Positions 1-10,342 of a stretch of 64,000 bases of DNA are shown one piece after another. Each line of letters opens with the position of its first letter. Position 1 is the first letter of the stretch. The stretch covers positions 19,135-83,134 of IMG/VR virus record IMGVR_UViG_3300033153_006411. The stretch is one strand, 5' to 3'. A program made the translations under genes and the position numbers. Origin of the DNA: a virus. Below the pieces are notes generated by a model that saw only the letters and a program-made list of their open reading frames with translations, ran no database searches and was not told the origin of the DNA.

Positions 1-6
1 GAACAA

Positions 7-738
7 ATGAGAAAGTCCATCGGCGAGTGGAACAATGTTATGATTGTCAATCGGGGGAGGTTCGAAGATTACGCATTCATCGAGGCGTGCAAAGAAGCAA
101 AAGTCAAATTCAATCAAGTTATCTTGAGGTACGGTCGAAAGTGGGCTACTCCCTTTGATATGGTGGTTCCATTCTCGACTGTACATATCACACCGGAACG
201 GTTGATAGATACCGCACGTGTCGTAGTACCGTGGTTGCGCACCAAATCTATAGATGTCATTCAAGACATCGCCATCTCGCGCCTCATGACGGAGGAACGA
301 TTAATATATCCAACCCGAATGAGATTCGTAAATCACAACCACGATGGTGAAAAGGTATGTGGTCCCGCATACTGGGCGTTGTGTGATGCAGAAGAGGATA
401 CGGCACTACTACGGTATGATTTCTTTAAGGAGGGGATGACACGCCTTACAACAAATTTAGCCACGTGGTCACCAGAACTAATAGAGTCACAACTCGATCA
501 TCCCGAAATGAAACGTTGCATGACCAGAACCACAGCAAACGCCGATTTAGCCACGGAAAATATGTGGAAAAGTGTTTCTCCAGAGCCATACGAATTCACG
601 GACAAACCACGTTGGTGGGAAGGAGTTCAGGAAGAAATCAATGAAATGCACGACGGTGGGAAGTATAATGAAAAATGGCACACACCAGCACACCGACTAC
701 TCGGTTACGGGAGTGCTTCATATGGAACTGTCAAATAA
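7..738 (+). CDS. hypothetical protein at the start of a modification-enzyme cluster (may extend upstream of the window)
   Basis: 243-aa ORF, co-directional with and close to the downstream sulfotransferase; no motif recognised. Confidence 0.55.
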   Translation: MRKSIGEWNNVMIVNRGRFEDYAFIEACKEAKVKFNQVILRYGRKWATPFDMVVPFSTVHITPERLIDTARVVVPWLRTKSIDVIQDIAISRLMTEERLIYPTRMRFVNHNHDGEKVCGPAYWALCDAEEDTALLRYDFFKEGMTRLTTNLATWSPELIESQLDHPEMKRCMTRTTANADLATENMWKSVSPEPYEFTDKPRWWEGVQEEINEMHDGGKYNEKWHTPAHRLLGYGSASYGTVK

Positions 739-774
739 GTACACTTGAACCACCAACTACGAGGAACTATATTA

Positions 775-1575
775 ATGATTATGGATATACTGTCTGCTGA
801 AGAACCAATTTTTGTGTGTGGTGTTCCCAAATCGGGAACAACTATGGTTGGGCAAATATTAGCCAACAACCCCGACCTTCAAACCGATTCTGACATCGTA
901 CCGGCTTTGGATTTCATACGTCATGTTGAAAAGACCTATAAAGATTTCTTCTTCTTTAATGAACAACCCGGAACCATTTTGGGAGATATGGACAAGTATT
1001 GGACAGATAATGATTACAGAGAATGGCACTTACTGAACCTCGAATATTTCAAGAGTATACACTACAGTTACCGGATGGGTGCGAGACACTGGGGTTCTTC
1101 GAGTCCGCTCTGTTATCAGCATACATCACTCTTATGGAAGTGGTTTCCGAAAGCCGTATTCTTAATGGTTATGAGAGACCCCAGAGATCAATGGAGTAGT
1201 TTCAAACACCTGCACATGCGAAAGGGTGCTGATTCGTGGAAAAGTTTCAACTATTGTCACGTCACCCTCCCGTCGAGGGGAGATAATCATCCACAAATCA
1301 AATTTGTAGAATATCATGAAGTGGTACACAACCCGACAATAGTATTTGATACACTCGGATTATCTGTCCCAGAAAACTGTACTAAGGGTATGCGTGACAT
1401 ATTTCTCTGCCGTACCCACGGAAATGCCGACATGATTGATGAATTACGTCGCGGCACGGATATGATAACATCCCGAATCGGGCGATGGAAACGCGACCTG
1501 AACGGGGATGAAATTCGAAGATGTACGGAAGCATTCCCAAAAGAATGTGAATATTACGATAATTTAGACTTATGA
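775..1575 (+). CDS. PAPS-dependent sulfotransferase family protein
   Basis: 5'-PSB loop GVPKSGTT and 3'-PB motif RDPRDQWSS; GAGGA RBS before ATG 775. Confidence 0.85.
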   Translation: MIMDILSAEEPIFVCGVPKSGTTMVGQILANNPDLQTDSDIVPALDFIRHVEKTYKDFFFFNEQPGTILGDMDKYWTDNDYREWHLLNLEYFKSIHYSYRMGARHWGSSSPLCYQHTSLLWKWFPKAVFLMVMRDPRDQWSSFKHLHMRKGADSWKSFNYCHVTLPSRGDNHPQIKFVEYHEVVHNPTIVFDTLGLSVPENCTKGMRDIFLCRTHGNADMIDELRRGTDMITSRIGRWKRDLNGDEIRRCTEAFPKECEYYDNLDL

Positions 1576-2882
1576 ATTTATTGATACCACATGGTAGGAC
1601 CGCTGACAAATACCTAGTGCAGGCTGCACAGGATATGGATCACTGTGTCCATCTTATGTGCAACCTTCAAGAGCGCAGCCGACAGAGAGACGTGGGACGG
1701 GAATGTCTACCGGATGTATGGGTACCCCTTCCTTCGAGATATGATTTAAAACTCTCCCTCGAAGATTATCAAAAATGGTACCACGAGCAAATCCGCACTT
1801 ACGTAGCAGACCATGATATCCATGCAATACTTCCGTGCTCGTCAATGGATGTTGTCATGGATGAAGTTGCACAGATCAACGAGGACTTCACGCTACTCGG
1901 TGTCACCCCTGAACAAGCAGCATTCTTTAGGGATAAAACCGTTTATCTCCCTGCTATGATAGCAGCCGGAATTCGGGTACCTGAAATTTATGAAATAGTG
2001 GAGCCTAGTGGTGAGCCAGAAAATTACGATATCCCATATCCCTGCATCGCAAAACCCGGACTCGGATGTGGAGGTTATGGAATTTTCATCTCAGAAGCCG
2101 AATACAACCTTCGGCGGTTTTTTGGTCATTCCGATAACACGGACGGTTTTTCCGAACGCGCTTTCTTCTACCAAGATAAAGACTTTGCCGGACGCCCCAA
2201 ATCTTACCGTCACTATGGATACGGGGGTCGATACCTTATCCAAAAATATCTTACCGGACCTTGCATCTCCCTATCGGGAACGACTGTCAATGGCGTACCT
2301 CAACTCGACTTGGTTTACGACATTGGCATCACAGACCCACCCACCTGTGCTGAAATTAACTTCGGGTGGCCGAGTATCCATCCTGAAGCCGAAGTCGCCG
2401 CTCGACGGCTTGTTGATTCTCTCAGAAAAAATAAACTGGAACCCCCCGATGGGGCGTGGATGGCAGACGCCATCCTCCACGAAGGAGAACTCTGGCTCGT
2501 AGATTTCTCGGTACGGATGTCAAGCTCCGGTACTAAGATGCTTTACCATACTTGTAACGACCTTTCTTACCCAACCAATGTTATAAATGCGGCTCTGGGC
2601 GAAGAATGGCGAATGATAACCCCCAAACCGGTTATCCCTACCTATTATAGCTTCATCCCCTTCCCGAAGGGCAAACTTTTAAACATCCGATATCCAGACG
2701 CTAGCCAGTTGGAAGAAATCGTGCTTTCGGTTGAGGAAGGTGAGCGTGTTTTTGAAATGCGCAATGATGTTCAGGTCGCGGACCGTGGTTGGATCGTGGC
2801 AACATCACCGAATGGAACACGTGATGACGCAGAGGATATCGTAAAAACCTTCATTAGTAACGTCCAGTACGATGTCAATTAG
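1572..2882 (+). CDS. ATP-grasp domain ligase
   Basis: RDK..., YPCIAKPGLGCGGYGI, YLIQKYL.G, and LVDFSVRMS, a variant of the E.N.R motif. Confidence 0.8.
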   Translation: MNLLIPHGRTADKYLVQAAQDMDHCVHLMCNLQERSRQRDVGRECLPDVWVPLPSRYDLKLSLEDYQKWYHEQIRTYVADHDIHAILPCSSMDVVMDEVAQINEDFTLLGVTPEQAAFFRDKTVYLPAMIAAGIRVPEIYEIVEPSGEPENYDIPYPCIAKPGLGCGGYGIFISEAEYNLRRFFGHSDNTDGFSERAFFYQDKDFAGRPKSYRHYGYGGRYLIQKYLTGPCISLSGTTVNGVPQLDLVYDIGITDPPTCAEINFGWPSIHPEAEVAARRLVDSLRKNKLEPPDGAWMADAILHEGELWLVDFSVRMSSSGTKMLYHTCNDLSYPTNVINAALGEEWRMITPKPVIPTYYSFIPFPKGKLLNIRYPDASQLEEIVLSVEEGERVFEMRNDVQVADRGWIVATSPNGTRDDAEDIVKTFISNVQYDVN

Positions 2883-2933
2883 TAGTAAATATCAACAACC
2901 ATACCATATAGAGTAAATTTAGAGGAATTAACA

Positions 2934-3242
2934 ATGTTCATGACAGTTTCCAGATTCGCCCGAAAGAACGCGGAGCCGTGCACGCAGGCAGACATCGACA
3001 CCATCATACCGGCTATGCCATCCCGCGTTGCGTATAAAGCGACATTCGATGGATTACAGACGGCGGGTGATGTCATTTATCGTTCTGGTTCTATTAATGG
3101 TGCCAATGAGATTGAGACAGTAACGCTATACCGCACCCAACAGGATTATGATACTTTCAAAATCGCTCCAGAATTGTTGGCATTTAAAAACGAACTTCTG
3201 ATAATTTACAATTTAGTAGCTATTACAGAGGAAGTGATTTAA
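2934..3242 (+). CDS. hypothetical protein
   Basis: GAGGA RBS; TAAATA motif at about 2886. Confidence 0.6.
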   Translation: MFMTVSRFARKNAEPCTQADIDTIIPAMPSRVAYKATFDGLQTAGDVIYRSGSINGANEIETVTLYRTQQDYDTFKIAPELLAFKNELLIIYNLVAITEEVI

Positions 3243-3261
3243 TCACGATTGTGGAATACTG

Positions 3262-3813
3262 ATGTATCCGTATATTGAATTTTTTGATTCAGAAGAAATA
3301 GGATATACAGAAGATATGCGAGAGAATCTTCTCGCAGTCGCAAAGGGGTTAACCGGCTTCGCACAGTATGAAAGTCTAGATGGTACGATTATCCAGCTAG
3401 AGCATCGGGCGACCCCCTTCGTCGAGTTCGAAATTACGAAGGCAATGCGCAACCTCATTCAACCACAAGTTCCGGTCACCGCCGCAACATTCCTCAAACT
3501 TAATCCCGGAACCCATGTCCCTATCCATCTTGATAATCATTTATTGCGATCTACCGTATTGAGCTTCCCACTAACGCCAGAACCAGAACACTTTGCTCCG
3601 ACCTTGTTTTATGAGAATGAGAGTAGTACGATACCGATTGAAGTAGGTCACTGGCACGGTCGCCCGGGCGCAATAAACACCAGAGAATACCATGCCGCTT
3701 ATAATAATAGATACACGCGGATCAAGTTCCAATTATGTTTTGAAATGATGTTGGATGAATTCATGACACTTTACCACAGCGGGGAACTTTTCCGTACACA
3801 ATTAGGCAATTAA
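3262..3813 (+). CDS. 2OG-Fe(II)/cupin-type oxygenase-like protein
   Basis: LNPGTHVPIHLD (HxD), a distal H in REYHAAYN, and R-x-x-x-Q. Confidence 0.65.
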   Translation: MYPYIEFFDSEEIGYTEDMRENLLAVAKGLTGFAQYESLDGTIIQLEHRATPFVEFEITKAMRNLIQPQVPVTAATFLKLNPGTHVPIHLDNHLLRSTVLSFPLTPEPEHFAPTLFYENESSTIPIEVGHWHGRPGAINTREYHAAYNNRYTRIKFQLCFEMMLDEFMTLYHSGELFRTQLGN

Positions 3814-4434
3814 ATGGAACACTCGTTTCAACAGCAAGTCATAGATTATGAAGGAGTCCGATTTAACATCAGACCCCTTGAGTCATCCGATTTCAAAGAA
3901 TACACACGAGTTGTAGGCACGCAAAAGGGAATCATGGAGCGCAGTCGTGGGTTGGATATTACCGACTTCTTGTCTGAGTTTCAACAGCGCAGTAGTGGTA
4001 GAAACATACTCGTTGGTGCCTTCACTGATGAGGGTATTCTTAGATCGTGCGTGGGTATGTTCTTCTGGGACAAATTACCCGGAGTAACAGATCACACGAT
4101 GGTAGTAGATCATTCCTACGCACCCCTTTTCAATCCGAAGAAAAGTGGACAATTACATATCATCAAAAGCCTACATCAGTATTGTGAATCCCAAGATCGC
4201 TATTATCACTATTGTGTTAAACATGCCGGACACATGAAAGCCGAATTGAAGATGTGGGACAAATACACCGATGAGTTTTTCAATAGATATGAACGGTATA
4301 TTGAGTGTATTGTTCCAGCCGGAACACGTCCATCATGGGATAGTTATTGGGGTATCATGGGGAGAATAACTTATCCCTATGATATAGCCATACACTCAGT
4401 TAGACTTAAGCAAGAATACCGGAACTACGCCTGA
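3814..4434 (+). CDS. hypothetical protein, possible GNAT-like fold
   Basis: IRPLESSDF start and a LVGAF strand pattern resemble GNAT; weak. Confidence 0.4.
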   Translation: MEHSFQQQVIDYEGVRFNIRPLESSDFKEYTRVVGTQKGIMERSRGLDITDFLSEFQQRSSGRNILVGAFTDEGILRSCVGMFFWDKLPGVTDHTMVVDHSYAPLFNPKKSGQLHIIKSLHQYCESQDRYYHYCVKHAGHMKAELKMWDKYTDEFFNRYERYIECIVPAGTRPSWDSYWGIMGRITYPYDIAIHSVRLKQEYRNYA

Positions 4435-5115
4435 TTAAAGAAAGGTTTTCAGATCGTCGTATAATACTTCGGTAATTAGTACAACTCGTGGTTTCGCTGA
4501 CGCGGTGTTGAGAACCCTATGATTCCATGCGGTATTAAGAAACCACATATCGCCGGAAGCTATATGTATTGATGATTCCTCTCCCCGCCTTCTGAATTCA
4601 AAACTCGAATCGTCCATATCAACTCCTATTTGAACCCTGCATATAACTGATGTGTTCAGATCAATATGCCATGGTATCTCAGCACCGGGAGGAGTAATAG
4701 TGAGCCGTGTTTGGTAAACGGAGCCAAACATACCCTCAAGATATTTTTGGATTTCGCTGGTTCCGTCTCTCCAGTCGGTGTAGCTAATTTCTCCATCTTG
4801 ATCGGTGTCTGACGCTTGTTGTTGAAGGAGCAGCAGTTTGTAATTGTCGGGCACCATATTGGCTAACCTACAATTTTCTTTTCTGGAGATTTTGTACCTG
4901 TCCGTATTAAAATCACTAGGAGCGCCACTGGTTGCGATTTCTCGCGCTTGCTCCAGAACCGCTTCAGGAATGCCGTGGTCTAATTTAACATAGGTTGGTA
5001 AATCGTTTCGCCCCGGTCCGTTGATTCCCTTTACGTGGTTCCGGTTCAGTGATTTATTTTCTATTGCTTGCTTGGTGTGTTTGTCATCAAAGCGAATATC
5101 GTGATGGCCTGCCAT
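4435..5115 (-). CDS. aspartyl/asparaginyl beta-hydroxylase-like 2OG-Fe(II) oxygenase
   Basis: PPGAEIPWHID...WFLNTAWNHRVLN...RVVL. Confidence 0.8.
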   Translation of the reverse strand: MAGHHDIRFDDKHTKQAIENKSLNRNHVKGINGPGRNDLPTYVKLDHGIPEAVLEQAREIATSGAPSDFNTDRYKISRKENCRLANMVPDNYKLLLLQQQASDTDQDGEISYTDWRDGTSEIQKYLEGMFGSVYQTRLTITPPGAEIPWHIDLNTSVICRVQIGVDMDDSSFEFRRRGEESSIHIASGDMWFLNTAWNHRVLNTASAKPRVVLITEVLYDDLKTFL

Positions 5116-5128
5116 GAGTTTGTCCTCT

Positions 5129-5902
5129 TTAGTCAGATCGTTGGGTTTTCATTAAACCAAATGTTTCTAGGGTTCGGGCTCCAATATCAAGTTCCCACCA
5201 TTTGAAACCGTTTCTATACCGATTTGGGTACTTATGATGGTTGTTGTGCCAACCTTCACCCGGAGCGAGCATGTTCACCCACCAGTTATTGGTACTAGAG
5301 TCCGCTGGTCTGAGGTCATAAGTTCGGTATCCAAACATATGACTGATAGCGTTGACGTGGCTATATGCATGAAATGCAAAAACCGCAGGTAGACAATAAC
5401 CAAATACCATCAATAATGGATCGATCAAGAATAACAATCCCGCCCATGCGAACAGTATCTTGAAGTAGTGTTGTTGGCAGAACCTAACATGAGGGTTCTT
5501 CATTAAATCCCGAACCATTCCCTTTGGAATTTCAAATGGGTTCCATAGATGGAAGTACGCTCGCACACCACCAAGGATTTTTGGCGAGTGTGGGTCTTTC
5601 TCGGTATCACAATACGCGTGATGTAAACGATGGGTACCAGCCCACCCCATTGGCGTTCCGCCAGTAGCCAAACACCCACTGTAGATCATCAGAACCTCAA
5701 ACCACTTGTATGTGGTGAAACTCTTGTGGGCGAGATAGCGATGAAAACCAACACTGATACCGATTGATCCGATAACACAGTACCAGAATGCATATCCAGC
5801 AGCCCACATCCACCATGACCCATATATGAATGCGGGAATTAATGCAAGGTGATTCAGTATGTGAAGAATTCGTAGTTTGTTTGAAAAGTTTAGCTCAGGC
5901 AT
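5129..5902 (-). CDS. acyl-CoA/acyl-lipid delta-9-type fatty acid desaturase
   Basis: three His boxes HRYLAH, HRLHH and HNNHH, plus DPHSP and hydrophobic segments. Confidence 0.92.
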   Translation of the reverse strand: MPELNFSNKLRILHILNHLALIPAFIYGSWWMWAAGYAFWYCVIGSIGISVGFHRYLAHKSFTTYKWFEVLMIYSGCLATGGTPMGWAGTHRLHHAYCDTEKDPHSPKILGGVRAYFHLWNPFEIPKGMVRDLMKNPHVRFCQQHYFKILFAWAGLLFLIDPLLMVFGYCLPAVFAFHAYSHVNAISHMFGYRTYDLRPADSSTNNWWVNMLAPGEGWHNNHHKYPNRYRNGFKWWELDIGARTLETFGLMKTQRSD

Positions 5903-6591
5903 GGCACCATATCCTCGATAGCATTATAGAAGCAGCCCGTAATAATAACGATACGGGGCTCGTCACTCAGCACCTCAACACAGTGGTTGTATCCGGTATT
6001 TTTAAACCATACTTCCCCGGGCTTCATGACCTGTGTTTCGATTACCCCACAGCGTTCAATTTTGAATTCTTGCACCCCTTGTATCATGATGCTTGCACGA
6101 CACGCATAGTTGGTATTGGTATCGATATGCCAACCGACCGTTCCCTTCGGTGGGGCAATTGCGATGCGTGATCGAAAGTGGGGGTTGACGAATTGATTAA
6201 TCAACGGCCCGAAACGGGGTTCTTGATAGTTTTGGTATTCCCACTCATCTGGAACTTCGTCTGCGCCCTCGGGGCGATCTCCGGTGGTCTGAAGTAGAAG
6301 TTGCCTGTAGGCAGGGAGACTTTGATGAAAAAAATCTTTTAACATACAGGCTTGTGCGATTTCATAAACGTCTGAATTATTAACATCGCTATAATCGTCG
6401 GGGTGACTCGCGATTCGCGTCATGACTAATTCCTTTAAGGCAAGGAAGGAAGTTTCGTCATATTCCCCAAGTTGTTGGAAGGTGGGTAACAACTTTCTGT
6501 CGGGTCCGTTGTTTCCGTGACACCGTGCTCTCATACGATGTTTATCTTGAAGTGCATATTGGCTCATATTTGTGTTCTCCGCCATAATCAC
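5890..6591 (-). CDS. aspartyl/asparaginyl beta-hydroxylase-like oxygenase, paralogue of 4435-5115
   Basis: PPKGTVGWHID...WFKNTGYNHCV...PRIVI. Confidence 0.8.
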   Translation of the reverse strand: MIMAENTNMSQYALQDKHRMRARCHGNNGPDRKLLPTFQQLGEYDETSFLALKELVMTRIASHPDDYSDVNNSDVYEIAQACMLKDFFHQSLPAYRQLLLQTTGDRPEGADEVPDEWEYQNYQEPRFGPLINQFVNPHFRSRIAIAPPKGTVGWHIDTNTNYACRASIMIQGVQEFKIERCGVIETQVMKPGEVWFKNTGYNHCVEVLSDEPRIVIITGCFYNAIEDMVPCLS

Positions 6592-6674
6592 AATATATAC
6601 CGTCGCAGTATAAGTGTCAAGGCTTTCAGGTATTAATATTTATCAGTAAATACACTGATAACGAGGAGCTTACC

Positions 6675-7979
6675 ATGACCAATATCGACTTACAAGTAGC
6701 ATTAATGGAATCCGGTCGCATGAATCTCATGCATTTACCGTCGGGAGCCATTTCGTGGTTGTGGGATCGTCCGACAAAACAAATTGATGCTGCCGAGTCC
6801 CTAGCGGTCGCAGCCAATGCACACGGCAACCCCGTGGTGGATGCTTCATTGTTAAAAGCTGACCAGAATGTGTTACTGATAAAATGCGAAGGAGGTGAGT
6901 CTTTTCGAATATACCCTGATGGCGGCTTTTCCCACAATGATTCACCCATGGATATCGGGGGTTGTTCGTCTGTGCTTCAAGGTATGCAGCAGGATGAGTG
7001 CCCAATGGACGACAACGGACACCAAATGCCTATGGATATGCCTATGGATATGCCTATGGATATGCCTATGGATATGCCTATGGATATGCCTATGGATATG
7101 CCTATGGTGATGGGTGAGTCCGACGAATTTAAGCCATTCGAATTAACAACATACCGGACGGATGGTGATGTATGGATAACCGGATACAATGATCTGAAGG
7201 CTGCTATATCTTTCGGCAAAGGAGAAATGGGTGATGGCGAAACCGTGGGATTTACAGTAACCGCCCCAACCAAAAATGCCTTTTCAAAACCAGAAATGTA
7301 CCATCAGGAAGGCGAGGTGGCCGAGGATGCCGGTAATGATGAGCACATGGACGCAGAGGCTCCTGAGAGCGGCGTAGCGACGCCCATTGGTATGACCAAC
7401 CTAGCAGGCGAACCAACCATGGACGAGGCTGACGGGGCTGGTGGTGGCTTCTCAATGGGTTCTGGCTCTGGTGCACCATACGTTGGTGACATGGCAATGG
7501 ATGCTGACCCAGAACTTGAAAATCTGGTAACATCTCGTGGACTTGGTGAAGCCAGTGTTCATATGTTTCGTAACGAGAGTGACGAAGCCCTGAGCGCCCT
7601 CGCTGAAGCATTAGGTATGGATGAGTATGACCCATCGGACGATATGGTAGATGTTGAGAATATCAATCTGGAAGTTTATGACGAATCTACCGATTCATAT
7701 CAGGAATTTCCTGTCTCCGTTGAGTGGAACGTAGAACCAACTGAATACGAGGGTCAATATCTATTCTACCAAGGTAGTGCGGACGTGGAAAGTATCAACC
7801 TAGTTAACCCAATTCGGGTCAACGGGAAGGTATACCGGCAGATGGATGATGAATTGGCGGCTCTTATTTTACAAACGTATAACACGAAAGAGACATCGTT
7901 ATCGGATTACATTGCTGACCAATATGCTCACAAAATCGACATACCTCAGCACAAGTACCCAGACTCATCACGTAATTAA
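6675..7979 (+). CDS. acidic low-complexity protein, possibly a virion internal protein
   Basis: GAGGAG RBS, TAAATA at about 6647, very D/E/M-rich, (PMDM)n tract. Confidence 0.6.
   Translation: MTNIDLQVALMESGRMNLMHLPSGAISWLWDRPTKQIDAAESLAVAANAHGNPVVDASLLKADQNVLLIKCEGGESFRIYPDGGFSHNDSPMDIGGCSSVLQGMQQDECPMDDNGHQMPMDMPMDMPMDMPMDMPMDMPMDMPMVMGESDEFKPFELTTYRTDGDVWITGYNDLKAAISFGKGEMGDGETVGFTVTAPTKNAFSKPEMYHQEGEVAEDAGNDEHMDAEAPESGVATPIGMTNLAGEPTMDEADGAGGGFSMGSGSGAPYVGDMAMDADPELENLVTSRGLGEASVHMFRNESDEALSALAEALGMDEYDPSDDMVDVENINLEVYDESTDSYQEFPVSVEWNVEPTEYEGQYLFYQGSADVESINLVNPIRVNGKVYRQMDDELAALILQTYNTKETSLSDYIADQYAHKIDIPQHKYPDSSRN
7026..7107 (+). repeat. 12-bp in-frame tandem repeat ATGCCTATGGAT, about 6.8 copies
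   Basis: six perfect copies plus one partial copy, encoding MPMD repeats. Confidence 0.95.
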
Positions 7980-8521
7980 TTAACCTCGACAGGAAGTCCC
8001 TGACTGAGGTCGTAATATTTGCCTGACCAAAAACCAAATTGACCCTTCCGAATGCGACCTTTCCACCAGCGGAACTTAACTCCGGCTTCTTCAAATATTC
8101 CCAGAACTTCATCATGGTCAGCATCCCATACGGCATCGTCATTGCGTGACATCTTGAATGCCATCTGACCCTCCGCGTGAACGATGATTTCGGAGATTCC
8201 CGATTGAATCACCCCACGAGCGCAGGGCGTACATGGTAACCAATTAATGTAGAGTTTGGCACCAAGGCAACTCGTACCCTTGCGTCCTGCGTTGTATATC
8301 GCATTACGCTCGGCATGCTCGAAGTATTGATATTTCAGCGGGCGCTGTTGTCTTTCAAGAGTATCCTCGATCCCTCGTGGGTACCCGTTGTAGCCGAAAC
8401 TGATTGGCGTGTTGTCTTGGTCAGCTATATAACAACCTGAGTGTGTACTTTCGTCGGGGCTGCGATCTGCAACCTCGTAGCACATGTTCATGTACATTTG
8501 ATCCCACGATGGTCTGTCCAT
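7976..8521 (-). CDS. dCMP deaminase (ComEB/T4 Cd-like)
   Basis: RPSWDQ start, SFGYNG, HAERNA and PCTPC zinc motifs; probable start MDRPSW at 8521. Confidence 0.92.
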   Translation of the reverse strand: MDRPSWDQMYMNMCYEVADRSPDESTHSGCYIADQDNTPISFGYNGYPRGIEDTLERQQRPLKYQYFEHAERNAIYNAGRKGTSCLGAKLYINWLPCTPCARGVIQSGISEIIVHAEGQMAFKMSRNDDAVWDADHDEVLGIFEEAGVKFRWWKGRIRKGQFGFWSGKYYDLSQGLPVEVN

Positions 8522-8634
8522 TTCGAATTCCAAGTTTGGTGTATAAACACATATAGTATCGTTTGTGGCACCGGTCAAGTGATTGACAGACCGCCGTGTG
8601 GGTGTTATAGTTACGGGATGAATGGAGAAACAAA

Positions 8635-9981
8635 ATGAAAACGATTCCAATAGGACCATCAATAGTGATGATGGTCGGTCCTTCTGGGGCTGGCAAGAGT
8701 ACATTGATAGAAAGGCACTTCAACTCGCGTGAAGTCATTTCTACCGATGCTCTGCGCGTGGAATTTACCGGCGACAAGCGTCGGCAAGATAAGGACGATG
8801 AGGTGCTGGCCGAGGTCAGTCGCCGTGTCGAAGCGAAAATTAATGTCGGGCAGCGCGTTGTTATCGACGCCACCCACGTGCGCGACCAAGATCGTCGCCG
8901 CTCACTCGAACTCGGACTGATGCTGGATGTCCCAATAACCTACTTGGTGGTGAACCGGTCGGTTGAATCCAAAATGCAAAAAGCAGGTTGGAGAAAGGAC
9001 ATTTACGTTAAGAAGCTCACTAGCGGAAAACTTGTTAGCCTCATCGAGGCACACGAAGATACCTTCGTAGCCAACGAACACAAAATTCTTGCCGGTGACA
9101 GTCAAGGTAAGAAAGTCACGGTTATCGATACTCGCGTGGAAGAGTTCAAAGTCGCCCGCGAACTATCACGGGAAAATCCGGTTGAACAGTTGATATCGAG
9201 TGGTTTCAATCGCGTGCGTGTCGTCGCTGACGTGCACGGAAATCTGGAATCATTTCGTAAGGCTATCGACGTACCCGAGGACACCTTCCTGTTGTTTTTG
9301 GGAGACCTATTGGACTACGATGTCCGTGGTATCCAGATTGTAGAACGTGTGTACAAAATGGTTCAAGAAGGCCGTGCTATCACTCTTCGTGGTAATCACG
9401 AACGGAAGATTGCGAACTGGGTTGTCAAGGAGCGTGGTAACGGTTTCGAAGGGAGTATCACTTCCGGCAACGACTTCACTGTTAATATGGTTAAGGCTAT
9501 GACGCCAGCGCGTCGTGCTTTGTGGGAACGAAGGTTCCTAGCTCTGGTTGACCTGTCTCCTGATTGGATACAACTGGATCGGTTTCTATTCGTTCACGGT
9601 GCAGCACACCGCTCTATTTGGGATGATACATTATTCCGTGCAGAGGAAGAATCGAAGCGTATGGCCATGGCCATGTTCGGTGAGTCCACAGGCAAGACCA
9701 TCGGCGGTTACCCTGAGCGGTTGTACAACTGGGTTGATGATATTCCCACCCGACACACCGCTGTCGTTGGGCATGCCGTACTGTCAACCGAGGAGCCATT
9801 AACCAAAACCAATGACAAGGGTGGTAAGGCTATTTTCCTTGACACTGGTTCCTCGAAGGACATAGATGACTTCGGTCGCGGTCCTGCTGTTCGTGGACAC
9901 CTGTCATGGATGGAACTGAGCATTGGGGCTTTGTCACGCAATGGCAGCTATGTGGTGTTCGATGCATTTGGTCGGGACTGA
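8635..9981 (+). CDS. polynucleotide kinase-phosphatase (Pnkp-like: P-loop kinase plus calcineurin-like phosphoesterase)
   Basis: GPSGAGKST and VIDATH in the kinase; DVHG, GDLLD, GNHE, VHG and VGH in the phosphoesterase. Confidence 0.9.
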   Translation: MKTIPIGPSIVMMVGPSGAGKSTLIERHFNSREVISTDALRVEFTGDKRRQDKDDEVLAEVSRRVEAKINVGQRVVIDATHVRDQDRRRSLELGLMLDVPITYLVVNRSVESKMQKAGWRKDIYVKKLTSGKLVSLIEAHEDTFVANEHKILAGDSQGKKVTVIDTRVEEFKVARELSRENPVEQLISSGFNRVRVVADVHGNLESFRKAIDVPEDTFLLFLGDLLDYDVRGIQIVERVYKMVQEGRAITLRGNHERKIANWVVKERGNGFEGSITSGNDFTVNMVKAMTPARRALWERRFLALVDLSPDWIQLDRFLFVHGAAHRSIWDDTLFRAEEESKRMAMAMFGESTGKTIGGYPERLYNWVDDIPTRHTAVVGHAVLSTEEPLTKTNDKGGKAIFLDTGSSKDIDDFGRGPAVRGHLSWMELSIGALSRNGSYVVFDAFGRD

Positions 9982-10327
9982 AAAACCACACAACCAACGT
10001 CGCGTATGGTTTGCATACGCGATGTTGGTTTTAATGAACATCATCGACGTGGTGTTCACCCGCACAGCCCTCTTCGTGAACACCACTGAAGCCAATCCCG
10101 TTATGAACCACATGTACCAGAACTTCGGTATATGGGGTATAATTGCCGTGAAGATATTTTTCCTGACATTACTCGGATTCACGATTAAACACCTCCCACA
10201 ACTACATGCAGGTTACCGAACAGTATTTTATTGCGCAGTTGGAATCTACGGATTACTGGCTGCTTACCACGCATACTGGTTATTCGGAATAGACCCCCGA
10301 TGGATAAGTAATATACACTTTGGATAA
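9962..10327 (+). CDS. small membrane protein (DUF5658-like)
   Basis: N-x-x-D-x-x-x-T...EANPVM motif with three hydrophobic helices. Confidence 0.6.
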   Translation: MHLVGTEKPHNQRRVWFAYAMLVLMNIIDVVFTRTALFVNTTEANPVMNHMYQNFGIWGIIAVKIFFLTLLGFTIKHLPQLHAGYRTVFYCAVGIYGLLAAYHAYWLFGIDPRWISNIHFG

Positions 10328-10342
10328 TTGGAGAAATTAATT

